Below, one piece after another: positions 50,906 through 62,662 of a stretch of 64,000 bases of DNA. The DNA comes from an uncultured Actinomycetota bacterium (GTDB lineage Bacteria; Actinomycetota; Actinomycetes; Propionibacteriales; Propionibacteriaceae): positions 156,067 to 220,066 of the forward strand of contig CAWCDP010000007.1 of the NCBI GenBank assembly GCA_963794405.1, in the 5' to 3' direction. The notes under the pieces were generated by a model that saw only the letters and a program-made list of their open reading frames with translations, ran no database searches and was not told the origin of the DNA. Within the stretch, counting starts at the first letter, position 1. Every line of letters begins with the position of its first letter. A program made the position numbers and the translations under genes.

Positions 50906-51688
50906 TCAGATGAACTTGCCGGCGGCCAGGAACTCGACCAGGGCCGCCGATCCGGCACCGTCGGCGTCGGGCACCACCTTGCCGGCCTCCTTCGGCGGGC
51001 GCGGCGTGGTGTCGGCGACGGTGCTCCAGGCGGCATCGAGTCCGACCGAGTCGGCCTCGATGCCGAGGTCGGACAGCTCCCAGGTCTCCACCGGCTTCTT
51101 CTTCGCGGACAGGATGCCCTTCATCGACGGGTAGCGCGCCTCACCGGACTGGTCGGTGACACTGACCACGGCGGGCAGGGTCGCCTCGATGGTCAGACTC
51201 GCGGTGTCGGTGTCACGCCGGATCGTGGCGACGCCGTCGGCCACCTGGAGGGTCGCTCCGAGGGTGGCGGCCGGCCAGCCGAGCCGCTCGGCCACCATGA
51301 CGGGCACGACGCCCATCGCGCCGTCGGTGGAGGCCATCCCGCACAGGACAAGATCCGGCTCGGCCTTGCGGACCGCGGCCGCCAGGATCTCGCTGGTGGC
51401 CAGCGCGTCGGAGCCGGCGATCGCCTCGTCGAGGACGTGGATGCCACCGGAGGCACCCATCTGGAGGGCCCGCTTGATCGCATCCGAGGCATCGTCCGGC
51501 CCGACCGTGAGGACCACGACCTCCACACCGTCACCGTCCTCGGCCACCCGCAACGCCTGCTCGACGGCGTACTCGTCCAGCTCCGACAGCAGACCGTCGG
51601 TCGCTTCGCGGTCCACCGTGTGGTCCGCCTCGAAGCCACGCTCACCGGTCGCGTCGGGGACGTGCTTCACCAGTACCAGGATCTTCAT
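50906..51688 (-). CDS. etfB: electron transfer flavoprotein beta subunit
   Basis: 260 aa starting MKILVLVKHVPD, with the CGMASTDG motif. Confidence 0.9.
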   Translation of the reverse strand: MKILVLVKHVPDATGERGFEADHTVDREATDGLLSELDEYAVEQALRVAEDGDGVEVVVLTVGPDDASDAIKRALQMGASGGIHVLDEAIAGSDALATSEILAAAVRKAEPDLVLCGMASTDGAMGVVPVMVAERLGWPAATLGATLQVADGVATIRRDTDTASLTIEATLPAVVSVTDQSGEARYPSMKGILSAKKKPVETWELSDLGIEADSVGLDAAWSTVADTTPRPPKEAGKVVPDADGAGSAALVEFLAAGKFI

Positions 51689-51919
51689 GCCCTCACCTCT
51701 CTGTGTCCCACCATCGAGCTGTCTCTCGCCCCGCGGGCGCAGCCACCGGGCCGCTCATCCCGGGCACGCTCATATTACCCGCCAGTAACTTATGCGTGGT
51801 CCACGGGATCGTGTGGCGCAGGGCACAATGTAGGCCCCCGGTCCGCCGGGTGGGCAGCGTCGCCCAGCCCGAACACACCCTGCTGCGCCGGCAACCAGCA
51901 CGAGCAACGAGCGAGCGAT

Positions 51920-54031
51920 ATGAGCCCCACTCCGGCGATCCTGCCACCCCCGGCGGACTCGTCCTGTCTCGGTGCCCGCCTACGCGGCGACGGCGCCCGG
52001 TTCGGTCTGTGGTCGCCCCGCGCGACCCGGGTCGAGCTGGTGCTGATCGGCGAGGACAAGGCCCAGCGCAACATCGATCTGAGCCGCGGACACGACGGGG
52101 TCTGGACCGGACACGTCCGGGGCGTGGTCGCCGGACAGCGGTACGGCTACCGGGTGCACGGCGGTTGGGCGCCGCACTCGGGCGCCCGCTTCAACCCGGC
52201 CAAGCTGCTGCTCGACCCGTACGCGCGGGCGATCACCGGCGGAGTGGACTACCGCGGTCCCATCCTGGACCACACCGAGACGTCGGACTACGAGCCGGAC
52301 CCGCGCGACTCCTTCAACGCCGTGCCCCTGGCCGTGGTGGTGGCCGACACACCAGCCCCGACGCCGCTGGCCGCACCGATCCCGCTGGCCGACACGGTCC
52401 TGTACGAGCTGCACGTCAAGGGGTTCACCCGGCTGCACCCGGCCGTGCCGGAGCACCTGCGGGGCAGCTACGCCGGTCTCGCCTACCCCGCGGTGATCGA
52501 GCATCTCAAGGAGCTCGGTGTCACCTCGGTCCAGCTGCTGCCGGTGCACCACTTCGTCTCCGAGCCGTTCCTGATCCGGCGTGGGCTGTCCAACTACTGG
52601 GGCTACAACACCCTCGGCTTCTTCGCCCCGCACGCCGCGTACGGCTCAGTCGGTACCCTCGGTCAGCAGGTCACCGAGTTCAAGGACATGGTCTCGGCCT
52701 ACCACGACGCCGGGATCGAGGTGATTCTGGACGTCGTCTACAACCACACCGGGGAGGGCGGCCACGAGGGACCGACGCTCTCGTTCCGCGGACTGGACCA
52801 CTCCGGCTACTACCGCCTCACCGATGACCTGCGCACCGACTACGACGTGACCGGCTGCGGCAACTCGGTGGACACCGCCCAACCGGGCGTGCTGCAGCTG
52901 GTCGCCGACTCGCTGCGCTACTGGGTGAGCGAGATGGGGGTCGACGGCTTCCGCTTCGACCTGGTCACGACCTTGATCAGGGACGAGCACCACCAGGTGG
53001 ATCTGCACCACCCGTTCCAGCAGCTGATGCGCAACGACCCGGTGCTGAGTCGGGCCAAGATCATCGCCGAACCCTGGGACCTCGGACCCTACGGCTATCA
53101 GGTCGGCAGCTTCGGGCGGCGCTGGAGCGAGTGGAACGACAAGTTCCGCAACTACGTCCGGGACTTCTGGCGGGGCAACACCTCCGGGGTGGCGGAGATG
53201 GGTCAGCGGCTCACCGGATCCCCCGACGTGTTCGATCACCACGGCCGCCACGCGACCGCCAGCGTCAACTTCATCACCGCCCACGACGGTTTCACGCTGC
53301 GTGACGTGGTCACCTACAACGTCAAGCACAACGGGGCGAACGGCGAGTCGAACCGCGACGGCACCGAGGACAACCGGTCCTGGAACTGCGGGGTCGAGGG
53401 CGAGACCGACGACCCGGTGATCATGGGCCTGCGCCATCGCCAGGCCGGGAACATGCTGGCCACCATGCTCCTGGCGGCCGGGGTGCCGATGATCACCGCC
53501 GGCGACGAGCGCGGGCGGACCCAGCACGGCAACAACAACGCCTACTGCCAGGACTCCCCCTTGTCGTGGATGCACTGGGATCCCGCGGCGGACTGGACCG
53601 ACCTGCACGACCTGACCCGGCGACTGCTCCGGCTGCGGGCGGAGCACCCCGTGCTGCGCCGGACGCGGTTCCGCCACGGCGAGCCCGTGCTGGACAGCAC
53701 CGGGCAACCGACCGGGCGGAAGAACCTCGCCTGGTTCGGCGGCGCGGAGTCCGAGATGACCCACCACGACTGGCACGACCCGCATCGCCGCACGCTCGGT
53801 GTCTACCTGGCCGACGACCACGCGGACCGGGAGCGCGACGACGCCTTCCTGATCTGGCTGCACGGCGGCCCCGACCCCGTCCAGGTCACCCTGCCCGATG
53901 GCGACTGGGCGACCACCTACACCGTGGTGGCCCACACCGGGCGGCACGGCGAGCTGTCGGAGGAGAAGGTGCCGGCCGGCAGCCGCCTCTGGATCCCCGG
54001 ACGCTCGGTGGTGGTGCTGCAGGTCGACTGA
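51920..54031 (+). CDS. glgX: glycogen debranching enzyme
   Basis: Trimmed to the ATG at 51920 (703 aa). Motifs: YGYRVHG, YWGYN, GFRFDL, AEPWD, FITAHDGF. Confidence 0.9.
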   Translation: MSPTPAILPPPADSSCLGARLRGDGARFGLWSPRATRVELVLIGEDKAQRNIDLSRGHDGVWTGHVRGVVAGQRYGYRVHGGWAPHSGARFNPAKLLLDPYARAITGGVDYRGPILDHTETSDYEPDPRDSFNAVPLAVVVADTPAPTPLAAPIPLADTVLYELHVKGFTRLHPAVPEHLRGSYAGLAYPAVIEHLKELGVTSVQLLPVHHFVSEPFLIRRGLSNYWGYNTLGFFAPHAAYGSVGTLGQQVTEFKDMVSAYHDAGIEVILDVVYNHTGEGGHEGPTLSFRGLDHSGYYRLTDDLRTDYDVTGCGNSVDTAQPGVLQLVADSLRYWVSEMGVDGFRFDLVTTLIRDEHHQVDLHHPFQQLMRNDPVLSRAKIIAEPWDLGPYGYQVGSFGRRWSEWNDKFRNYVRDFWRGNTSGVAEMGQRLTGSPDVFDHHGRHATASVNFITAHDGFTLRDVVTYNVKHNGANGESNRDGTEDNRSWNCGVEGETDDPVIMGLRHRQAGNMLATMLLAAGVPMITAGDERGRTQHGNNNAYCQDSPLSWMHWDPAADWTDLHDLTRRLLRLRAEHPVLRRTRFRHGEPVLDSTGQPTGRKNLAWFGGAESEMTHHDWHDPHRRTLGVYLADDHADRERDDAFLIWLHGGPDPVQVTLPDGDWATTYTVVAHTGRHGELSEEKVPAGSRLWIPGRSVVVLQVD

Positions 54032-54078
54032 CCTCAGGCCACCTGACTGAGGTCGAGTGACTCAGGTCGACTGAGTCA
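54030..54078. terminator. two adjacent perfect 8-bp hairpins between convergent genes
   Basis: GACCTCAG(54030-54037)/CTGAGGTC(54047-54054) with a 9-nt loop, and TGACTCAG(54058-54065)/CTGAGTCA(54071-54078) with a 5-nt loop. CAGGTCGACTGA is also repeated directly, at 54020 and 54064. Confidence 0.5.
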
Positions 54079-54462
54079 GGGACGCACGAGGGAACGCAGG
54101 GCCAGCTGGGCGGGCACCAGATAGGCCAGCACCATTGGTGGCGCCCCGGAGATCTCCAGCACGGCCACACAGCCACCCGAAGGCCGCCCCGTGACCTCGT
54201 GGCCCAGCACGAGGGCGACCGGACCGAGCCGCGCCCGCCACCGCCAGGTCCCGGCGGCCTCATCCACGGCGAGCACCTCGAACGCGACGCGGAGCCCGCC
54301 GACGGCGATGACGGTGCCGGTCAGCCCGGCCACCAGCCGGCGACCGGTGCTCTCCACCGCCGTGATGAAGGGCGCCCAGCGCGGCCACTCGTCCAGGTCG
54401 GCGTAGCGGCGCCAGACCACTTGGGACGAGGCGTCACCGGCCTCGGTCAGCGTGCGTTGCAC
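54076..54462 (-). CDS. SRPBCC-fold (polyketide cyclase/dehydrase-like) protein
   Basis: Trimmed to the GTG at 54462 (128 aa). VWRRYADLDEWPRWAP is typical of the family. The start is uncertain. Confidence 0.55.
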   Translation of the reverse strand: MQRTLTEAGDASSQVVWRRYADLDEWPRWAPFITAVESTGRRLVAGLTGTVIAVGGLRVAFEVLAVDEAAGTWRWRARLGPVALVLGHEVTGRPSGGCVAVLEISGAPPMVLAYLVPAQLALRSLVRP

Positions 54463-54558
54463 GGCGCCTCCTCGGCGGACTCGGGTCGAGCACGGCTCGA
54501 CGCGGCCCAGTCTCCCCCACCTCTGCCGCCACAGACTGCGTGCCGATAGGTTTGCCAC

Positions 54559-56675
<2,117 letters not shown>

Positions 56676-56676
<1 letters not shown>

Positions 56677-58160
56677 TGGAGGAGGAGATCACCGACCAGC
56701 TGCTGAGGCACCTCTCCGCAGCGCGTTGGTTCGCTGGCAAGGGCCGCCGAGCCGAGATCGGCTCGGTCACCCCGCTGCCGTGGCTGACCGACGTCTCGCG
56801 CTGGCCCGCCGTCCGGATGGAGGTCGTCCGGGTGGACTACCCCCCGGCCGAGGACCCCGAGGACACACAGGCCCCTGGAGACCTCGACGACACCGGAGAC
56901 CTCGATGACACCGGCGACCCCGCGGACATCGGCGACCTCGACATCGGCGACCTCGGGGACACTGGGGACGCCCCGTGGCCGTACGAGCTCTACCAGCTGA
57001 TCGTCGCCTACCGCCACGCTCCGGTGCCGGACCTGCAGCACGCCGAGATCGGCCGTCGCACCGTCGATGACCTGGGTCCGGTGATCGCCTACGACGCCGC
57101 CCAGGACCCGCAGGCCCTGTCCCTCATCTGGGACCTGCTGCTCGCCGGTGCGGAGGTGCGCGACCGCGAGTCCGAGGTGTCCTTCCGCCGCACCGGCGAC
57201 GACGAGCTGGACCCGAGCGCGACACCGGTCCCCTTCACCGGTCAGCAGTCGAACACCTCGGTGATGTTCGGCGACGTGGCCATGGTCAAGTTCTTCCGGC
57301 GGATCGAGCTGGGCGCCAACCTGGACATCGAGGTGCACGACGCCCTGGCCCGGGTCGGGGTGGACGACGTCGCCCGACTGCACGGCTGGACCAGAGCCCG
57401 CTGGCAGCAGGACGGGACGCCGGTGGAGGCCGATCTGGCGATGGCGGTGGAGAAGCTCGCCGAGGCCGAGGACGGGTGGGGACTGGCGCTGGACTCGCTG
57501 CGAGCCGGTGAGGACTTCGCCGGCGACGCCGCCCAGCTCGGTCATGCCCTGGCCCAGATCCACACCGCCCTCCGCGGCGCCTTCCCCACGGCCGAGGTCG
57601 ACGGGTCCGCCACCGAGATGATCATGAACGGCCGCCTGGCCGCCGCCGCCCTGGTGGCCCCCGCGCTGAACGACCTGACGCCCGGGTTGCAGTCCGCGTT
57701 CGCCGAGGTCGGCGACGGCGTGCTGGACACCCAGCGCGTGCACGGCGACTTCCATCTCGGTCAGACCCTGCGGACCCCCCTGGGCTGGAAGATCATCGAC
57801 TTCGAGGGTGAGCCGGCCAAGACGATGGCCGAGCGGGTCGCCCTCGACTCGCCCTGGCGGGACGTGGCCGGGATGCTCCGCTCGTTCGACTACGCCGCGG
57901 CCACCGTGCCCGGTCCGGGAGCGGCGCGCTGGCTCGCCTCGGCCCGGCAGGCCTTCCTGAGCGCGTACGCTGACGGACCGCTGACCGCGTCGCAGCTCGC
58001 GATCCTGTCGGCGTACGAAGCGGACAAGGCCGTCTACGAGCTCGTCTACGAAGTACGCAACCGTCCCGACTGGACCCCGATCCCGCTGGGCGCGATCCGC
58101 ACCCTTGCTGAGTACCAGAGCAACAAAGGAGAACCCGATGGCATTCGACCCCGGCGGTGA
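56676..58160 (+). CDS. mak: maltokinase
   Basis: The ATG at 56676 overlaps the glgE stop. WFAGKG N-terminal cap, kinase core HGDFHLGQ ... IDFEGEP, and YEADKAVYE. Confidence 0.85.
56877..56969 (+). repeat. in-frame 15-18 bp tandem repeat encoding an acidic GD(L/P)xD(T/I) tract inside maltokinase
   Basis: GGAGACCTCGA(C/T)GACACC occurs twice, followed by three GGCGACC-type units. The peptide reads GDLDDTGDLDDTGDPADIGDLDIGDLGDTGD. Confidence 0.85.
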
Positions 58161-60456
58161 GCTGACCGGATGGGACCTGACCGGTTTCCACGAAGGTCAC
58201 GACACCGAGGCCTGGCGGCGACTCGGCGCCCACGAGATCACCGTCACCGACAGTGAGCGGGGTCAGATCGCCGGTACGCGCTTCGCGGTCTGGGCGCCGA
58301 ACGCCCAGGCCGTCCGTCTCGTCGGCGACTTCAACTACTGGAACGGCGATTCCTCCTCGATGCACCTGGTGCCGGGCTCCGGCGTCTGGTCGCTGTTCGT
58401 CGAGGGCGTGGGCACCGGCACCCTCTACAAGTTCGAGGTGCTCGGCGCCGACGGGGTGTGGCGCCTCAAAGCCGACCCGTTCGCCCAGTTCTGTGAGGCT
58501 CCCCCGCACAACGCCTCGATCGTCTACGAGTCCCAGTACGCCTGGAACGACGACGAGTGGCTGTGGTACCGCGGGCAGAAGAAGCAGTTCCAGGAGCCCG
58601 TCAGCGTCTACGAGCTGCACCTCGGGTCGTGGCGCAAGGGGCTGACCTACGTCGAGCTGGCCCGCCAGCTCGTGGAGTACGTGACCTGGCAGGGCTTCAC
58701 CCACGTCGAGCTGATGCCGGTCGCCGAGCACCCGTACGACGGCAGCTGGGGCTATCACGTCACCGGCTACTTCGCGCCCATCTCGCGGTTCGGTTCCCCC
58801 GACGAGTTCCGCTACCTGGTGGACGAGCTGCACAAGGCCGGCGTCGGGGTGATCGTGGACTGGGTGCCCGGCCACTTCGCCACCGATCCCTGGGCCCTGC
58901 AGCGCTTCGACGGCACCGCGCTCTACGAGCACGAGGACCCGCGGCTGGGCTGGCACCCCGACTGGGGCTCCTACATCTTCAACTTCGGCCGCAACGAGGT
59001 GAAGGCCTTCTTGATCTCCAACGCCTTCTACTGGTTGGAGGAGTTCCACATCGACGGGCTGCGGATCGACGCGGTGGCCTCGATGCTCTACCTGGACTAC
59101 TCCCGCGAGGCGGGTCAGTGGGTGCCGAACATCTACGGCGGCAATGAGAACCTCGAGGCAGTCGACCTGCTGCAGAAGGTCAACGAGCACAACTACCGGC
59201 GCAAGCCCGGGATCATGATGATCGCCGAGGAGTCGACCTCCTGGCCCGGGGTGACCCGCTCCATCGACAACGGCGGTCTGGGCTTCGGCTTCAAGTGGAA
59301 CATGGGCTGGATGAACGACTCGCTCCGCTACCTGGGGCGCGAGCCGATCTACCGGCAGTATCACCACCACGAGATGACCTTCGCGATGGCGTACGCGTAC
59401 TCGGAGAACTTCGTGCTGCCGATCAGTCACGACGAGGTCGTGCACGGCAAGGGTTCGATGTTCGAGCGGGTGCCGCAGGACGAGTGGCGCAAGTTCGGCA
59501 CTCTGCGGGCGTTCTACGCGTTCATGTGGGCCCATCCCGGCAAGAAGCTGCTCTTCATGGGCACCGAGTTCGGTCAGCGTCGGGAGTTCTCCGAGTCCCG
59601 CAGCATCGACTGGGACGAGAGTGCGCACTGGGGTCACCGCGGGGTCCAGCGCCTGGTCAAGGACCTCAACGAGACCTACATCTCGCACCCAGCCCTGTAC
59701 AAGCTGGACAACGACCCAGCGGGCTTCCGCTGGATCAACGCCGACGACGGTGGCGGCAACGTCTTCTCCTGGGTCCGTTTCGACGGGGACGGGCAGATGA
59801 TCGCCTGCATCACCAACTTCTCCTCCGAGTCGCGCCCCGACTACCGGGTCGGGCTTCCCGCGGAGGGTGCCTGGCAGGAGATCCTGAACACCGACGCCGA
59901 CGTGTACGACGGCACCGGCAGCATCGGCAACCTCGGCGAGGTGGTCGCCCATCCCGTTCCCTCCAACGGGTTCCCGGCCTCCGCCACCGTGACCATCCCG
60001 CCCCTGGGTGCGGTGTGGCTGCTGCACCAGGCCGCGCCGACCGAGGAGTCGGGCGACCCGGAGAAGGAGACGGCCGGGACGCTGGCGGCGGCCAAGCAGG
60101 CCTCGCCCCGCCCGACCAGGCGAGTGGCGCAGGTCGTGGGGGTGCCGGAGGACGGACCGTCCGAGGACGTGTCCGCGAAGGCGCCGGCGAAGAAGGCCGC
60201 CGCCAAGAAAGCACCCGCTCCAGAGGCCGCCGCCAAGAAAGCACCCGCCAAGAAGGCCGCCGCCAAGAAGACGCCGGCGAAGAAGGCGGCGGCAGCAGTC
60301 GAGGAGACGGTGGAGAAGGCGGCCGCAGCGGTCGAGGAGACAGTCGAGAAAGCGGCCGCAGCGGTCAAGAAGGCGGCCGGCAAGAAAGCCCCGGCCAAGA
60401 AGACCGCGGCCAAGAAGACGGCCGCGAAGAAGGCGACTCCCCCACCGGAGTCGTGA
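58138..60456 (+). CDS. glgB: 1,4-alpha-glucan branching enzyme with a Lys/Ala-rich C-terminal extension
   Basis: ATG at 58138 preceded by AAAGGAG. Motifs: FAVWAPNA, HVELMPV, GLRIDAVASM, IAEEST, ISHDEV. About 140 aa of AKKAAAKKAP-type tail follow the catalytic core. Confidence 0.92.
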   Translation: MAFDPGGELTGWDLTGFHEGHDTEAWRRLGAHEITVTDSERGQIAGTRFAVWAPNAQAVRLVGDFNYWNGDSSSMHLVPGSGVWSLFVEGVGTGTLYKFEVLGADGVWRLKADPFAQFCEAPPHNASIVYESQYAWNDDEWLWYRGQKKQFQEPVSVYELHLGSWRKGLTYVELARQLVEYVTWQGFTHVELMPVAEHPYDGSWGYHVTGYFAPISRFGSPDEFRYLVDELHKAGVGVIVDWVPGHFATDPWALQRFDGTALYEHEDPRLGWHPDWGSYIFNFGRNEVKAFLISNAFYWLEEFHIDGLRIDAVASMLYLDYSREAGQWVPNIYGGNENLEAVDLLQKVNEHNYRRKPGIMMIAEESTSWPGVTRSIDNGGLGFGFKWNMGWMNDSLRYLGREPIYRQYHHHEMTFAMAYAYSENFVLPISHDEVVHGKGSMFERVPQDEWRKFGTLRAFYAFMWAHPGKKLLFMGTEFGQRREFSESRSIDWDESAHWGHRGVQRLVKDLNETYISHPALYKLDNDPAGFRWINADDGGGNVFSWVRFDGDGQMIACITNFSSESRPDYRVGLPAEGAWQEILNTDADVYDGTGSIGNLGEVVAHPVPSNGFPASATVTIPPLGAVWLLHQAAPTEESGDPEKETAGTLAAAKQASPRPTRRVAQVVGVPEDGPSEDVSAKAPAKKAAAKKAPAPEAAAKKAPAKKAAAKKTPAKKAAAAVEETVEKAAAAVEETVEKAAAAVKKAAGKKAPAKKTAAKKTAAKKATPPPES
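60286..60372 (+). repeat. 33-bp in-frame tandem repeat (about 2.6 copies) inside the GlgB tail
   Basis: The peptide AAAAVEETVEK occurs twice, then AAAAVKK. Nucleotide units start at 60286, 60319 and 60352. Confidence 0.85.
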
Positions 60457-61229
60457 AGGACTCGGTCTGGCTGACGATCGGCGATCACGAGATCGCCGAT
60501 CTCAGCTGGCGACCCGGACTCGAGCCCGAGCAGCTCCAGCGCGCCGTCTCGGCTCTGGCGGAGGAGGCGCTGGCGTCCGGCCTGCGGCGGATCGAGGTGG
60601 CGCTGCCCGCCGGGGATCGCTGGGCGCGTCGCGCCGTCATGCGGTCGGGTTTCCGGCTCGAAGGCACTCGACGTTCGGTGGTTCCGCTGAGTGACGGGAC
60701 GTACGGGGACCTGGTGCTCTTCGCTCGGCTGGCCTCCGACCTGGTCGGAGGTCCGGACGGCTTCTCCGGGGTGATGAACACGGTGCTGCCGCGCAAGCGC
60801 CTGATCGCCCATGTGCTGATGCGTGACGACCGTGGCCGGATCCTGCTGTGCGACACCGCCTTCAAGAGCGACTGGGAACTGCCGGGCGGCATCGTCGAGC
60901 CGGGGGAGGCGCCCCGTGACGGGGCGGTCCGGGAGGTGCGCGAAGAGCTCGGTCTCGACCTGGCCGTCGGCCGACTGCTGGTGGCGGACTGGCTGCCGCC
61001 CTATCTGGGGTGGGACGACGCGCTGGAGCTGATCTTCGACGGCGGCCGGGTCTCCCCCGACGACCTGCCGTCGTTCTCCCTGCAGCAGAACGAGATCACC
61101 TCGGTGTCCCTGCTCACCCTCGAGCAGGCGGCCGAGGTGGTGACGCCGCTGTCCCACCGCCGGCTGAGCGTGGCGGTGGGACAGGCGGACGGCGAGACCG
61201 CCTACCTGCAGGACGGGCGGCGGGTCTGA
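60453..61229 (+). CDS. GNAT-remnant + NUDIX hydrolase fusion
   Basis: The GTG at 60453 overlaps the glgB stop (GTGA). The N-terminal 95 aa look like the C-terminal half of a RimJ-like acetyltransferase. NUDIX box: GGIVEPGEAPRDGAVREVREELGL. Confidence 0.8.
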   Translation: MKDSVWLTIGDHEIADLSWRPGLEPEQLQRAVSALAEEALASGLRRIEVALPAGDRWARRAVMRSGFRLEGTRRSVVPLSDGTYGDLVLFARLASDLVGGPDGFSGVMNTVLPRKRLIAHVLMRDDRGRILLCDTAFKSDWELPGGIVEPGEAPRDGAVREVREELGLDLAVGRLLVADWLPPYLGWDDALELIFDGGRVSPDDLPSFSLQQNEITSVSLLTLEQAAEVVTPLSHRRLSVAVGQADGETAYLQDGRRV

Positions 61230-62248
61230 TGGACGAACGCCCGCTGGTGATCCTGCAGCCGGCGCCGCAGCGCCCCGAGCGGATCTTCACGCCGGCCGCC
61301 CGGCAGGAGCTCGAGGCCTCCTTCCGGGTTGTGGATCTGTCCGATGATCACGATCCGGGCTCCTTCGACGCGGTGCTGCCGGGGGCATTCGCCGTCATCG
61401 GTCAGCCTGATCTTCCCGCCGAGCGGCTGACACGCGCCACCGCCCTGCGAGCGCTCTGCAACGTGGAGGGCAACTTCTTCCCCAACGTCGACTACGACGC
61501 CGCCTTCGCCCGTGGCATCCACGTGCTGGGGTGCGGACCTGCGTACGCCCAGGCCGTCGCCGAGTACGGCCTGGGTCTGGCCCTGGACGTCGCCCGCGGC
61601 ATCAGCCGGGAGGACCGTGCGTTCCGGTCCGGCACCGAGCGCTACGTGGCGGACGGCAACACCGACGCCGTCCTGCTGCGCGGGGCCCGGGTCGGCCTGA
61701 TCGGGTACGGCAATCTCGGTCGCGCCCTGCGGCCGCTGCTGGACGCGTTCGCCGTCGATCTCCGGGTGCACGACCCGTGGCTGCCCGACCGCGCGCTCCG
61801 CGCCTGGGGTCTGGAGCCGGCGACCCTGGAGGAGGTGCTGCACCGCAGCCAGTTCGTCTTCGTGCTGGCCACCGTGACCGCCGACAGCGAGCACCTGCTC
61901 GGTGCCGCGGAGCTGGCGCGGCTTCCGGACGGCGCCCGCCTGATCCTGGTCAGCCGGGCGGCGGTCGTGGACTACGACGCCCTGGGGGCCGAGCTGGCGT
62001 CGGGCCGGATCCTCGCCGGCGTGGACGTCTGGCCGGTCGAGCCGGTGCCGGCCGACGATCCGTACCGGCAGCTGGAGGGTCTGGTCTTCTCCGGTCACCG
62101 GGCCGGCGGCATCCCGCAGGCGTTCCACCAGATCGGGGAGATGGTGGTCGACGACCTGCAACAGATCGCGGCCGGGCTGCCCCCGGTGCGGATGCAGATC
62201 GCTGCCCGCGAGCTGGTCGGCCGCTACCGCAACCGCCCGGTCACCTGA
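61229..62248 (+). CDS. D-isomer-specific 2-hydroxyacid dehydrogenase family protein
   Basis: The ATG at 61229 overlaps the NUDIX stop. NAD motif [11 protein letters not shown], with the conserved R...E...H pattern ([19 protein letters not shown]). Confidence 0.8.
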   Translation: MDERPLVILQPAPQRPERIFTPAARQELEASFRVVDLSDDHDPGSFDAVLPGAFAVIGQPDLPAERLTRATALRALCNVEGNFFPNVDYDAAFARGIHVLGCGPAYAQAVAEYGLGLALDVARGISREDRAFRSGTERYVADGNTDAVLLRGARVGLIGYGNLGRALRPLLDAFAVDLRVHDPWLPDRALRAWGLEPATLEEVLHRSQFVFVLATVTADSEHLLGAAELARLPDGARLILVSRAAVVDYDALGAELASGRILAGVDVWPVEPVPADDPYRQLEGLVFSGHRAGGIPQAFHQIGEMVVDDLQQIAAGLPPVRMQIAARELVGRYRNRPVT

Positions 62249-62277
62249 CGTCGCAGCCCGCACTACGATCCGGGCCC

Positions 62278-62613
62278 ATGGACGTCGTGCGCTCGATCAG
62301 CCTGTTCGTGCTCGCCGCGCTGGCCGAGATCGGCGGCGCCTGGCTGGTCTGGCAGGGCGTCCGGGAGCACCGCGGCTGGCTCTGGATCGGGGCCGGCGTG
62401 ATCGCCCTCGGCCTGTACGGCTTCGTCGCCACCCTGCAGCCGGACGCGAGCTTCGGCCGGATCCTGGCCGCGTACGGCGGGGTGTTCGTGGCCGGATCGC
62501 TGCTCTGGGGGATGGTCGTCGACGGTTTCCGTCCCGACCGCTACGACGTCGCCGGCGCCCTGGTCTGCCTGGTGGGAGTGGCTCTGATCATGTACGCACC
62601 GCGCACCGCCTGA
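62278..62613 (+). CDS. ynfA: YnfA (UPF0060) family membrane protein
   Basis: 111 aa with [15 protein letters not shown] ... AAYGGVFV. Confidence 0.8.
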   Translation: MDVVRSISLFVLAALAEIGGAWLVWQGVREHRGWLWIGAGVIALGLYGFVATLQPDASFGRILAAYGGVFVAGSLLWGMVVDGFRPDRYDVAGALVCLVGVALIMYAPRTA

Positions 62614-62662
62614 GCCACTCCCTCCTTCAGCAGGTCTGGTCAGCCGACCCGTCGGCTCAGGA

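Noticed and set aside
49226-51919. N-terminal 900 aa of the 1601-aa plus-strand ORF ending at 54031
   Set aside because: It is antisense to the cysteine desulfurase, etfA and etfB genes. A recognisable GlgX sequence begins only at the ATG at 51920.
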